64,000 nt of DNA from the NCBI RefSeq assembly GCF_009914755.1, contig NC_060926.1. One strand, written 5' to 3'. Shown here piece after piece: positions 1 to 14,759 of this stretch. Every line of letters starts with the position of its first letter. The first letter of the stretch is position 1. The notes below the pieces were generated by a model, which saw nothing but the letters and a program-made list of their open reading frames with translations, did not search any database and had not been told where the DNA came from. The position numbers and the translations under genes are program-made. Source of the DNA: the human T2T-CHM13v2.0 reference genome, Homo sapiens.

Positions 1-513
1 TTCTTTAGCATTAAATGAATATCTGTGTAATGTGCCTGTTGCAATACTTCCACGTAATAGGGACTCATTCCTTTCTTTGCTCTCTTTGATCCTGAAGACA
101 TCAAGGAGGGTGCTGACTCCCCATACTGATCCTAGCTGGGGAAAGAATATAGCTTGGGCTACTTTTGTTTTGGGGTCATATTTAAGTTAATTTGGTCTAG
201 TATGCCGTGTCTGTGGTTCTTGGGCATCAGCATTTACCCGTTTTATGAAACTCTCTGTAAATTATAGCCATATAGCAGGTGCTTAGAGTGGTCTCACCGT
301 TAATACATTTTTAAATCACATTTGTAGATTCTGGACAGAAAAGTCAGGACCTTAACCACCAGTAGAAAGCAGGTAATGAACTTGTGTGTACTGCCAAGTG
401 ACCTCTCTACTGAGAACATCTAAGGATAAGCCACAAAATGAGAAGTGGACGTGAAACCCCTTTGGATCAGCCTGCCTTAACTAAATGGAAGAATTGGGGC
501 TTTACTGCATGTT

Positions 514-650
514 TATTATTATTTTATTTTTGGTAGGCACCAGGTCTCGCTATGTTGCCCAGGCTGGTCTGAAATCCCTGGTCTCAAGTGATCCTCTTGA
601 CTCAGCCTCCCACAGTGTTGGATTAGAGGCGTGAGCCACAATGTCTGGCC
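514..650 (-). mobile_element. FLAM (free left Alu monomer)
   Basis: Antisense Alu left-monomer sequence only, flanked by TSD TTTACTGCATGTT (501-513 / 651-663). Confidence 0.85.
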
Positions 651-1791
651 TTTACTGCATGTTAATTTGGCGTTTCAGCAGCCAACTCAGCTGGGAAGTT
701 GCTTGCTTGTTGGGAAGACATGGGCAAGAGAAAAGTTTGATAAATGTGCATGCTGTGACTTTATGCTTGCAAAAAACCAAAATCTCACAGTTGTCAGTAC
801 AGCCATAAATGCTAACATCTACTTCTGCTTCTTGACAAATGCATTGCTGATAAGGACAAGGGAAATGGCCCGCTTGACTGTGTTTAGGGTCAGGAATTCT
901 TCCCTTTGCCTTAGAATAAAAAATAGTGTTTTCTTGGAATGTTAAGATTGAAAGTGTCTTCACCGGATTCAATTTCTGTGACATCAGTTCTAGAAGCCCT
1001 CCTTGATGTATATGGGTAGTTCACAACAGTGAGTAACTGTGGTTAAAAAACAAAGAAGAGTAAGTTGTTACAGGTAGAGGCATGTAGAGAACACATTCTT
1101 ATTAGTGCCGGAAGTCCTTATCCAAGAGTCTGCATGCAGAACACAGAGGTGAATTTCATTCTTTTTCTTTGAAGCATTTTCTTAATCTTTTCACATCAAA
1201 ATGAGGGAGGACTTTTGTGGGAATGATGAAAACACTACTTATGAAAGATTGTTAAGTTCTTATTTGAGTCTGAAATATGACTAAATCTTGCCAGCCTATC
1301 AGATGCAGTTGAAATGGGAACCTCTGCAAAACTGTGGGAATCAAAGAAAAACTGCCTTCACCTTGTCTTTTTCAAAGAAGGGGATGTAGGGAAGGCAAGA
1401 TCCTCTTCATGACTTTTTGGAAGGGTGATTTCTATAGTCTTAACAACATTTGTAGACCACGTAATATGTGCAGAGCACTAAATGGGTTTATAGGTAATGA
1501 AATTTTAGACTTGGAGTTGACCTTAATTGTAATTTTATTCAACCTGCTTATTTTGAAAATGAGACAATTAAGAGGAAGTTTACTGCCTCTTTAGGAAGTT
1601 AAACAGCTACACATCTTTATAAATATTTTTGAGTTTTATGATGTAGCAAGTGATTGATACTCACAAGCACACCCAGCACATTCAAATACAGAGGATCTAC
1701 AGAGCATTAACAAGTTCGCTAGATAATAGTGATACATTTTCTAGGAAGAGGTGGGATTTGAACCAATTTTAGTAAAAAGGGGAGGAAAGAC

Positions 1792-1939
1792 AGAGTGGTA
1801 GTGCATGCATGTAGTGCTAGCTACTTGGGAGGCTGAGGCAGGAGGATTCTTGAGCCCGTGAGTTTGAGGCTGCAGTAGGCTATAATCATGCCACTGCACT
1901 CCAGCCTGGGTGACACAGAGCAAGACCCTGTCTTCAAAA
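1792..1939 (+). mobile_element. FRAM / AluJ right monomer
   Basis: gctacttgggaggctgaggcaggaggattcttgagccc...ccactgcactccagcctgggtgacacagagcaagaccctgtct. Confidence 0.8.
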
Positions 1940-1951
1940 TGGGGGACAGGA

Positions 1952-2242
1952 GGCCAGGCGTGGTGGTTCATGCCTGTAATCCCAGCACTTTGGGAGGCTG
2001 AGGCAGGGGAATCACCTGAGGTCGGGAGTTCGAGAGCAGCTTGACCAACATGGAGAAACCCCATCTCTACTAAAAATACAAAATTAGTTGGGCATGGTGG
2101 CACGTGTCTGTAATCCCAGCTACTCAGGAGGCTGAGGCAGAGAATTGCTTGAACCAGGGAGGCGGAGTTTGCAGTGAGCTAAGATCATGCCACTGCACTC
2201 CAGCCTGGGCAACAGAGCGACACTCCGTCTCAAAAAAAAAAA
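1952..2242 (+). mobile_element. Alu, AluSp-like
   Basis: Full dimer with A tail; gtcgggagttcgag and tgaccaacatggagaaacccc are AluSp-type positions. Confidence 0.95.
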
Positions 2243-2631
2243 TTGAGAGAGGGACTTGGAGCAGTAGAGTTAAAATAGATGAGAACTGCAATAGGAAATG
2301 AGAATTGGTGGTGTGTGATAATTTGTGGGATCAGATATTGAGAGTGGGAGTTCCTACCAGTGTGTGTCTGTGTGTGTTTGTTTTTTAAAATAGGAAATGG
2401 TGGCTAGGGGAGTTTTTTGTGTTAAATCTGTGTTGTTGGAGAGTTTTTGGTTGGTGAGGGGGGCCAGGGTGACCAGATGAGGAACCGACAAAATTTAGAC
2501 ACCTGAGAAAGAAAGGGAGGAAATGGACTAACATATTCTCAGGTAGTTAACCTCCTCAGCGTCACCTACTGGTCCTTCTGAATGTTATCAGTTCCCTTAA
2601 TGAGCCATGCTTCTCACTTCTGTCCTTTTTC

Positions 2632-3015
<384 letters not shown>

Positions 3016-3191
3016 TGAGTTATTGTCTGTTCATTTGTGTGTTTAGACTTTATTCACCCTTCATTTTAGGATGGTTGTTTCTATAATACATAAAAGATAT
3101 CTACAAATTTGACCTTTAATGTAGGAACAATGACAAACCACTGAAGGCTTTCCAATCAGGAGAGTGATGTGAGCAGATTTATATTTAAAAG

Positions 3192-3352
3192 CAGTGGTTC
3201 CCAAGCTTTATGTTGCATCAGAATTGTCTGAAGGGCTTGTTAAAACACTAATTACTGGGTTCCATGCTCAGTTTATGATTCAGTAGGTCTGGGCTAGAGC
3301 CTGAGAATTTGCATTTCTAACAAGTTCCCAGGTGCAGTCTGAAGATCATACT
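3192..3352 (+). mobile_element. MER5A (hAT-Charlie)
   Basis: cagtggttccca...gggcttgttaaaacac...gattcagtaggtctggg...gaatttgcatttctaacaagttcccaggtg. Confidence 0.85.
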
Positions 3353-3957
3353 CATTTAGAGGGATCGCTCAGGCCGCAGCAGGAATGAATGGGCATTTGT
3401 GGGTGGTTGGGCAGGACAGGAGCAGGGCAAATGACCTGAAAAATGTATCACTATTTCAGGTAAGAAATAATGATGGAGAAAAGTGAGTCTGTCCAGAGAT
3501 ACTTATAGACGGTAGTTGATTAGAGACGAGAAACGAAGGAGGTGAAGCCGGGGTTTCTGGCATGGGGAACCAGATGGGTGGTGGTGCCATTCACTGAAAT
3601 AGGGAGCACTCAATGAGCAGATTTTCTGAGAGAGGTCAGGAAGCAGGATAGTGATGTGATGGTGTGTGTGGAGACCTGCAAGTCTGTCGGTGCACTAGCC
3701 TTCACTTCAGTGGGGAGAGGCTTCTACCACTTTGGGAACCATCAGTTTGGGATTGATAGTTAACCCATTGGAGTAGATGGGATTAGCTAGGAAGGTAGGT
3801 GAGAAGAGCACCTGGGACAGAATGCAAAGGGTCACAACTCATTAAGGGAAGCTAGAGGAAGAGGAGAAGGAATTGTTAGAGAGGGTCACAACACCAGAAG
3901 TGTACAGTGCTATTGTGGAGACCAAGAGGAAGATGTGTTTAGAAGGGAGGAGAGTAG

Positions 3958-4316
<359 letters not shown>

Positions 4317-5805
4317 CTAAAGAGGGTTCAGTTGAGTTCACAACATGGAAGTCCGTCGTGCATTCACACAGTGCTGACTCAGCCTGCTTTGGGCCAGGCT
4401 CTACGCTAGACACTGAGGGTTCAACCATGACTGAGATTTTCTTCCAGTGGCTTGGAAGAAGCAGAAGGCAGCCAGCAATGGGTTAGGAGGGTCAGGACAG
4501 AAACTGACTATTTAAGCAGTAAGTTCCAGAAGACTGGAAGGAGAGAGGGCAGCCGAGTAGAGGGTGGGGTAGCTGGGGGATTTTCACGATGATGATGATG
4601 ATGGAAGAGACTTGAGAGTGTTTAAATGTAATAGGAAGATTCAGAGGGAGAGACTGAAGATTTGGAAGGGAGAGAAAAGCTGGATAGAGGCATGTCCATG
4701 GGAGTATGGGATGGGAAGGAGACCACCGCCCAGACCCTGCATGGGTGGTCTGCATGACTATCCCACAAGAACCAGCTTGATATTTAGTCTGATTTGAGGG
4801 TGCTTAAAGGCCCCATTCGGGTTTGCCTCACTTAGGTGCCACATAGCCTTAATTTCCAGCATGAAAGATTTATTCCTTTGGACTACTTTCATTTAGAGAT
4901 ATGCAAGATATTCCTGGGGCAGGCAGGATAACACATTACAGAAATAGACTCTAACGAGCAAGTAAATACTTAGCTCCCCTTTATCCTAATGGGAGGTAGT
5001 GAGCTTGCGTGCTCAGGAGGAAGAGACTGAATCCTGGAGTCTGTCCTAGCCTGCCTAGTTTCAGTTCTGATTTAGTGGAGACAAAAGGCCCTGTATGATT
5101 TTAACATAGTTGTGGCAGCTGTTTCCTTGAGATCAGTTCAATAATGGTATTAAAATATGATAGAGTCGATTGAATGTTCAGCAAGCCTATGGGTAACTCA
5201 GTGTCCCCTGCTCCACCATGTGTGAGGTTACAAATGAGGTCATATGACCATCAATATTAAAATGTTGCCAGTAATTGCGCCCACTTAGTTGGTAGGCAGG
5301 ATCTCAGTCCTCTTCATGACCCCTCTTGATTCTCTCTGAGGGCATCATACATGGTTCACAAACAGTTCTGTCGTTCTCCTCTGGCAAAGCCAGTTGGGGG
5401 AGGTATCTTGCTGTTGGCACTGTGGTTTTCCATAAAGATGGAAAGCATCTGCCCAGGAGTCTCCTTGAATCCCAAGTTGCAGAACTTTCAAAGAGCCAGT
5501 TTGTGCTGATACTATTGATCCTGACTACATCAGAGTCTCAATTCTTTAAAGAAATGGAGTCTTTTACACTCCAGTCTGTGTTTCACCTGTGTGGCTAACG
5601 TGGGCAACAGTGTCTTCTTCTTCCACTGTCTTCCCCAATTCTGTGATGCTTTTCCCTGTGGAAACTGAGTCATGCAGTGGACACCTGGGAAACGCCCTTG
5701 AGATTCTGCCAAAGTAAGAATCTCACTTTTGGTGAGTACTCCCCTCCTCCCAGAATAAGAGAAGCCTTGTATTCTGTAAATTAAACTTCAGTTTAAATGT
5801 CCTAG

Positions 5806-5972
5806 ACCACTATTGTCCAATGGAACATTTTATAATCTGTGCCGAGTAACCACTAGCTGCTGAGTTAGTGAGTGTTGAAATGTGGCTAGTGTCACTGGGG
5901 AACTGAATTTTAAATTTTACTTAATTTTAATTACTTTAGAGTTTAATAGTCACAGGTGGTTAGACAGTGTAG
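5806..5972 (+). mobile_element. MER3 (hAT-Charlie)
   Basis: tgtccaatggaac...ttgaaatgtggctagtgtcactggggaactgaattttaaatttt. Confidence 0.8.
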
Positions 5973-5980
5973 CTCTAGAC

Positions 5981-6170
5981 CAGTGGTTTCAAAATTTTAT
6001 CATGCATCAGAATCAACTGGAGGACTTGTTAAAACATAGATTGCTGGGCCCTGTCCTCCCCAAAGTTTCTGATTCAGTTGGTCTGGATCAGGGGTTGAAA
6101 ATCTACATTTCTTACAAGTTCCCAGGTGATGCTGCTAGCCTGGAGGAAGCCACATTTGGGAATCACCACT
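5981..6170 (+). mobile_element. MER5A (hAT-Charlie)
   Basis: cagtggtttc...tgcatcagaatcaactggaggacttgttaaaacatagattgctgggccc...caagttcccaggtgatgctg...accactg terminal inverted repeat. Confidence 0.88.
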
Positions 6171-6744
6171 GTAGACTTTGTTCTAGTATTTAATTAATAT
6201 GCTAACTCACACAGATAGAATTGCCATCAGCCAGTCGTCAGGGTTCCGGGTCAGCTGGTTGACAAGCAGCCTAGTACCTCCCCTCCTTTCCCATCCCTAA
6301 ACCACACTGGCTTCTTTTTTCCAAAAACATTACAGCTCATCTTTAAGGGTGATTCATGATACTTTCTAAACAGCCACAGTAGCTGAAACATTGGACTACT
6401 GGGGAAATTCCAGCCTTGAACAGACTTTGGTTTTCATTCCAGTTTTACTAATTTGTTCTCTAATCTTACAAGAAATTAGACCATGTGTGTGGCGCATGTA
6501 GGCTGTGAGTAATTTTATCTTTGCCAAGCTCATACTTGGCATTATAGTCAGTGATTTCTGTGTCCATGCTGGCTAGCCTGGGCTCAGAGGGACTGTCCCT
6601 AAAATCATTTTTTAATGAGTAGCTTTTTAACCCAATGGCAAAATCATTTTTAATACTTACAAATACGGTCTAATAAATATTTTTTTTAGAATAACAGAGC
6701 ACTGTCTTATGGGTGATTGTTTATACAAGGTCTTTCTCAAAAGC

Positions 6745-6930
6745 ATATTGGAATATTTACAGATGAAATGACATGCTGTCTGAGATTCACTTTAAAGGCC
6801 TGGTTGGGGGATGGTAGCTGAAACCAGATTGCAAAATGTTGATGATTGTTGAAGTATACATGGAGGTGCAGTATACTATTCTTTCAACTTTTGTGATTGT
6901 TTGAAATTTTACATAATAGGTTAAAAAAAA
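6745..6930 (+). mobile_element. Ancient L1M (L1ME/L1MC-type) 3' end
   Basis: atatttacagatgaaatgacatgctgtctgagatt...tatactattctttcaacttttgtg..tgtttgaaattttacataata then A run. Confidence 0.7.
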
Positions 6931-7249
6931 AGCATGCTCTTAGAGAAACTAAATACAGCATCTTTGTGAAGTACCAGGTAAATAATTGACATTAAAAATG
7001 AAAAGTAGTTTGTTGGTTTTGTTTTAGGGAATTCAACTGGATAAAGAATGTAATGGATGATCTAAAGGAAATGGAAGAGAATAGCAATTGTGTAAATGTA
7101 ATACATTATAGACCATTGTTAAGGAAGAATCTGCAGATATGCAAAGGACTTCGTATGTGTGTATGGTGTTTAAGTAGGGGAAATACACCCCTACTGATTT
7201 TTCTGTATACCATTATAGATATCTCTTCTTAACAGTTCGCAACACAACT

Positions 7250-7490
7250 GGTGCTCACTGTGATGTGTCAAAGTTTTATTTGATTTGGACAAAGGCAAAG
7301 ATTTTATAAATTTAATAAAGAGGCAGGAAGGAGGGAAGGAAGTGGTAAGTCATACCACTGGAGTTCATAGGCAGCTAAACTTTTCTGGGTGGCCCAGTTT
7401 AGATTTTTTTAGTAAAGAGATGATATTTACCCTGAAAGAGAAGAGTTTAAAAAAAAGAGACTTTGTCAATCTTCTAAAGGTTGTGTGAAT
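7250..7490 (+). mobile_element. Possible L3/CR1 remnant
   Basis: gatatttaccctgaaagagaagag...tcttctaaa weakly resembles the CR1/L3 ORF2 3' region; very degraded. Confidence 0.3.
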
Positions 7491-7498
7491 AAACTCAC

Positions 7499-7812
<314 letters not shown>

Positions 7813-8034
7813 TGATTTAGAAAATAATCTCAGATTTTCTTCAGCTAGATGGTAATTGAAGTTGAGTATTTTAAATTTCTTTGACAATTACAGGAAGCAA
7901 AGAAGTGGTTTTATTAAATAGCAGTGAGCTTCATGCCATTTTACAGTATGTAACCGAGACCCATGTTTTCCTTTTGATGTAGTCAATTTGTTACCATCTT
8001 TTTCCACTTTGAAATGTCTCTTTAAATGCATTTT

Positions 8035-8130
8035 CACCCCATTTCTATCTTACATCACCTTCACCCCCTAGTGCAATCCCTACCTCCCTCTGCCTGGATT
8101 ACTGCTGCTAATAACTTCCTTACTGGATAG
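8035..8130 (+). mobile_element. L2 fragment
   Basis: ctctgcctggattactgc..aataacttccttactgg matches an L2 3' motif. Confidence 0.45.
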
Positions 8131-11100
8131 TCTTCCCTCAAGAAGTGTCCTTTCCCTTCCCTTTCCTCCAGTGATTTTCCTTTTCTTTGACTGTCGTTTG
8201 GACCAAACGACTTAGCATCCATTTGTTCTTCCTTGTGTGTAGCTTTTTGTTTGCCAGTTACATAAAAAGTATGCCTGTGTATTACCATATGATATGACAG
8301 TAGGTATATAACAGTGCTGGTCTTCAGTTGAAAATATTTATAAAATGTAACAAGACCACTAGTCTCTTTAGTTTTTAATACTTAACTGTAATTTGATAGA
8401 GAATAAATTTTCCAAAGGTGGCATCTTCATTGATGTATTACTCACAAGCCTGCAGGTTGAACTCATGGTCATAGATGAGTTTCCACATGTTTTCTCCTAT
8501 ACCCATTGAATTCGTCAAAACATACCTGACTGTATGTGTAAGGGAGCTGCTTAAAGATTTTGGCAGTATAGGTTTTTGCACCTAGCATTTGCTGATTTCT
8601 TAAAAAAAAAAACACACATAATAACAGAAGGCTATTCTGTATCTATTTCAGCACTGCTGAGTGTTTAAGTATTTATTGCTTAATTTTAAATTTTTGGATA
8701 AAAGTATTGGATAAAAGTTGCTTAGAAGCAACTTTTAGGGAGTTGCTTCTGAGAGTGTGTTCAAAGGGTACCTTTGACTCTTGTTGGAGTTTGAGTAATG
8801 TTCAAACAAGAGTAACATAAAATAATCCTCCAGTGATCTGAAATTGTTAATTGTCGGGATAAGCATAGACTGTCCTCTTAGTTCAAACCAACAGACTGAG
8901 GAACTTGTTCATAAAACTCTCTTCTTTGACTTGGAAAGACAGATTAAATGTGGAGTAAAACTCCTCGGGGTTTTCTCTTTTTTGGACTGTCAGTATGGCA
9001 TAAAAGGAAACCTTCTGTAAATTGAATACTATCTGAAACCAGATGCACTCATCAAAGCATTTGTTGAACTCCTATGCATTAGGCTCTGTAATTCTCGTGA
9101 AGCCTTGCACCATTTTCAGCATTGAATTTAAAAGTAGGTCAGTGACCACAGTGAGGTAAGAAAAACATTTTTTGCAAAAAGAAAATCCTTGGAGAGTGCT
9201 GCTTTGATAAGACGTTTAAGCTTTCCCTCAGATAGCTGATTACATGCGTGTGTCCGGATTTCCTACATCTCTCATGCTCTTGTCCCTTGAAGAGTCTCTG
9301 AAATACAGAACTGTTTAGTGCTTTTAAGCCATGCACTTTGTGTTTGTCGAGAAGAAACCAAAAGACCTGTGCCTGGCAAAGCCATGTTGAAGCCTCTAAT
9401 GTCTAATTGTCTGTTGGTTAAGATGGCACTCAGTAGTCAAGACCCAAAACACTGAACTCACCAAGCAAGCACAACAGAAGGGGTGTTCAATATTTCTCTT
9501 TTTGTAAATGCTTTTGTGCCTCTTAGTTGCTAGAAAGGACTAGATGATGTCTGTTTTAGGCACACTTCTTCCTTCTTTCTCCCTCTGGTTTCTCTCTCTT
9601 TAGTTTCTCTTTCCGGAACTATGGGATTTTTGTTGCATGATAGCCTCTTAGATGTGTGATCTTCATGCTTAATATGCAGTGATATGCAGGGAACAGATTC
9701 TGGGACTACTTTTTTCCTTTTTTTCTCTGCTCATAGGCCTTGGTGTATGAGATTCCTTTTCAGGATTTTTCTACCATCTAATGGATTTCTGCAAAATTAA
9801 TTAACAGTGTAAAGTTTCTCAAATTTTTTTCCTGACCTCTCCCCTTAAAATAGTCTGTAGTTTTATGGCAGGACTTGGGGGGCTCTCATCCTTGCAGGGA
9901 AGCACCGGTCAAGGTTCTCATGGTAAGTGCCTCTTTGAGAGGTTTAAAATTACATGCTTTTAGCTTCCAGAGAGGAGGGAAAACCTTCCCTTTAGGTCCG
10001 TATCATTTGAGAGGAAACTTGGGGTTGAATAGGCTAAATGTTCCTACTTGTGGCCTTGTTTTCACTGCTTGGTTACCTAGTGCAAACAGATTAATGTAAG
10101 AGTTACGGCTTTTTAGAATACAGACAGTCGTCAAAAAAATCCAAAGACTTTAGAAAATGGAATTTGCTTGTAGAAGAAGCTTCTCAGATACTGGTGTCAA
10201 ACAGCTTTGCTAAAGCATTAATGTGGCTACATGTTTGACAGACTGCATAACCTTCCTACATTTTCCCAGAGTAGTCTAATGAGTTATCACCACCTTTATA
10301 CATTCCATCCTACATAGAAACCTTTCCTCATTCAAACAGATTTCAAGGAAAAAGGTCATACCCTATTCCAAATCTACCTGTTGCCTCTTCTATACTCTCT
10401 TCCACTTTTAAGTCCTCTGTAACAACGGCTCCTTCTGTCACCGACATAGAAATATTCCAGTTTTTGAAATAGGCCCGCAAGGAGTTTCAATCACTGAGAG
10501 CTTGGGGAATAAAAACTAATTTTAATATTTGCATTAAAAAAACAATTAGACAAATATATTGCAGAAAATTATACACATTTCTAAACCAAATGCATAAAGC
10601 CTGTATTAATCAGAACTTGTAGTTAAGCCTTGTTTTTTTCTTTGCTTTACATTAATAAGAAAGAGGCAAGACACAAGAAAAACTGAAGGATTTAACAAAT
10701 CAACAACAGTTTCCCTTCTGATTAACATAACGAAGTGAGGACAGAGCCAGCTCAGTTCTCTCCTTTTGCAGTGTTCCGTGGAGCGTGGAGACAACAGTAC
10801 CTTCAGGTACTAAAGGCTTTTCATGTTTTGTAGTTACAGCAGTTAGAAATTTAGTAAGACATTTCAGTGTTATACTTAAAGATGAAAACTAAAAAGCTTT
10901 TCTGATTTTAATTAGATTGTTTATTCGAAAAACCATTCATTCTCCTAAAATTTTTGTTTAAAAAAAGATTGGCTCATCTTCATTATCCAGACTGCTGCAT
11001 ATACCATGCACAGCCAGAAGTTGCCATAGTTAGAGGGGCCAGGAGCAGAGCCATCCTCAGCTCCTCCCTACTCCTCCCTTCTCACTTAAGTCAGCCCCAT

Positions 11101-11459
11101 GTGGCATCTCCTCCTGCTGTCTGACCTCCCATCGCAGTCTCCTCTGCCTGACTTCACTGTCTCCTGCCCAAGCTCTCACAAAAGCTCATAGCCTCTTACC
11201 TGTCCACTCGTTCCTTAAAATCATTGACGGTTGTCATCTTTACAAACAGGACAAGATCATGAGGTGATGTCCCTGCTCCATGTGTCCATTACCCATGGCG
11301 GTGGATTTTGAAGGTTCTTCTGGGATGTGGCAGGTCGCTGGGTCTCCAGGTCATGCCCTTACCCCATCCTCAGTTGGCACAGCTCTACTTTTGTTCTGCC
11401 TTCTACGCTTGGAGTAAGATTTTGTTGAATAAAACATTCCAGGTTGTAGAAAAGTTTGA

Positions 11460-11887
<428 letters not shown>

Positions 11888-11909
11888 CTAATTGGATCCT
11901 TATTGTGAC

Positions 11910-12105
11910 CAGTGTTTTTATGCATACTAATTTGTTTAATCTGTACCTGATTGACATAGGTACTAATATCAGCACCGTTTTATGGATGAGGAGACTGAGG
12001 CACAGAGATAAACCACCTTGCCCAGGGTTCTATAGTCAGTCAGTGGCCAAGTTAGGATTCAGAGGTTGGAGGTCAGCCCGCTTGCTCCGGAGTCCACACT
12101 CTGAA
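11910..12105 (-). mobile_element. MIR
   Basis: ttttatggatgaggagactgaggcacagaga...cttgcccaggg is the antisense MIR core. Confidence 0.8.
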
Positions 12106-12563
12106 ACACTAGACTCTCGAAACAAACTGAATACATTAACATAATTAGGTGGCTTTTCCAGACTTTTGAGTGGAAGAAGTACAGCCACTGGATTCCTCTT
12201 TCTACAGACTTCAGTTTCGATTGTGGGCTGAATGTGCCCTCACATTTTGATAAGCCTAGGCCTGTGTGGGGTAAGTTTGGAGGGAAAAGAATTAGAGCAG
12301 GAGAGAATACACTGTAGAGAAAAGAGAGGAAAGAGGTCATTTTCCCCAAACCCGAAAGAACCCAGGCCCGTGGGCTCCCTGGCCTTGATCTGAAGTCTGG
12401 GAGCCATTGATTTGTATGCCCATTTCATTTCTCATGCCAGGACAATGCCACAGTCACTTTGACCTAATTGTATGGCTCCCCTGTTCCCTTCACTCTTTTC
12501 ATCAAAGTGAATACATTTGTTGCTTTGGCAACTCGAGGTGTTAGAATCTTTTTTCTTTCCCCA

Positions 12564-12617
12564 TCCCCGAAAGACAGTTGAGGGACTTGCTCCCCGAAAG
12601 ACAGTTGAGGGACTTGC
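12564..12617. repeat. Perfect 27-bp tandem duplication
   Basis: TCCCCGAAAGACAGTTGAGGGACTTGC x2. Confidence 0.97.
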
Positions 12618-13161
12618 GTGATAGATTGTGAAGAAAAATCTGGGAATCATTTAAATTAGATTTTCAGGAATATGACTTATCTAACTCTGAGAAGCTGGGC
12701 AGAAGGCAGCCTCCTCGCCTGTTGACTCCTTCCTGCCTCTGCTAGCATTTCAGAACAACAGAAGCTTGCCTGGATCTTTTCTCACACGAGTTTTGGTCCT
12801 GGAGTCGCCATTGGAAGTCTAGTCAGGGTTGTCACCTTACTGTTGTAGGCAGAAACCACTACGCAGTGGGTTGAAGGAGCAGAAACTTCTTGGCAAAGGC
12901 GAATCAATGTGGGTTGGTAGGAATTTGCACTCCTCCCCCCCTAGTTTTCTTAAAAACACTCTTGTAATGGGACAAATGTGACTGCTCAGAAGTTACCACA
13001 GGGGCCTTTTGGAATATTTTCATATTCCCCCATCTGTGGGAAGTGAGGGGCTATTAAGTATGTGTGTGTGTTGGTGGGGAGCAGTAACCGAGCAACTCCT
13101 TTGCTGGTGGGAGGGGATGCCATGGGCCAAGGGATTCCTTTGCATACCTTTGTCGAGGGCC

Positions 13162-13211
13162 CGATGGGGAGGGCTGTCGATGGGGAGGGCTGTCGATGGG
13201 GAGGGCTGTCG
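13162..13211. repeat. 16-bp G-rich minisatellite, 3 perfect copies
   Basis: CGATGGGGAGGGCTGT x3. Confidence 0.97.
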
Positions 13212-13333
13212 TACCAGGTGAGATGCAATTAGCCATGGAAGCAGCAGTGTTTGGATCTCCAGCTCTCAGTCCAAGTATAAACCAGAGTTAAGCCTCAGTG
13301 TGGTGCTGGATTAGAAAGGAAATATGGCTGAAT

Positions 13334-13678
<345 letters not shown>

Positions 13679-14402
13679 TCAGGAGTGGATTCTGGGCCCT
13701 GACTGACCCAGTGTGATTCACAGACTCCTTCATTAGGAGCAGTCTGCTCAGAAATACCCTTTGCGTATATATTTAAAAGAGCTTTCTGTGTCATGTTTGA
13801 ACTGTGACTTATTGGGGATTATTAACACTTGGTGGGGAAGGGAGGGAACAAAGAATCCTCAGCCCTTCATCTTAGAGGAGGGGACGATCCAGTTTGTGGA
13901 TTGCCAGGACGCTTGTTTTGTCCCCTTCCTCCCCTGCTGCCCAGCCTTCTGGCTGTATTACTGCTTATTTGCCTCTTTGTTAGAGGGAGAAACAAAAGGA
14001 GTTCAGATTCAATGCCTGCTTTTGTTTTTGGGTTAGCAGCTTTGGTTGAAGTTTAGCTGAATGAGAGAGGAGAGGGAAAGGTAAAGACTGAGCTATCTGT
14101 TAAGGTTATTGACTAATTTAGATTGTATGCCATTCTGTCCCTTGCATGCTGTCTGCGAGGGCACAGCCATTATAAGCAGAGAGTGAAAAGGGAGATTGTG
14201 TATAACAGAAAGCCAAGGCGTTAGAGCCTAATTGGAAACAATACATGCCCCAAATGTGCTCTCGTGTCCTAGCCAAGAACATGGTTTCAAAAACATGAGA
14301 AATAAGGATAATGAAATGAAAAACACTTTAGAAAGCTTAGATACCTCAGGTATTGTATTGTGGGGGAAATGAAAAATTAAGTATTAGATTTATATGTTTT
14401 CT

Positions 14403-14759
<357 letters not shown>

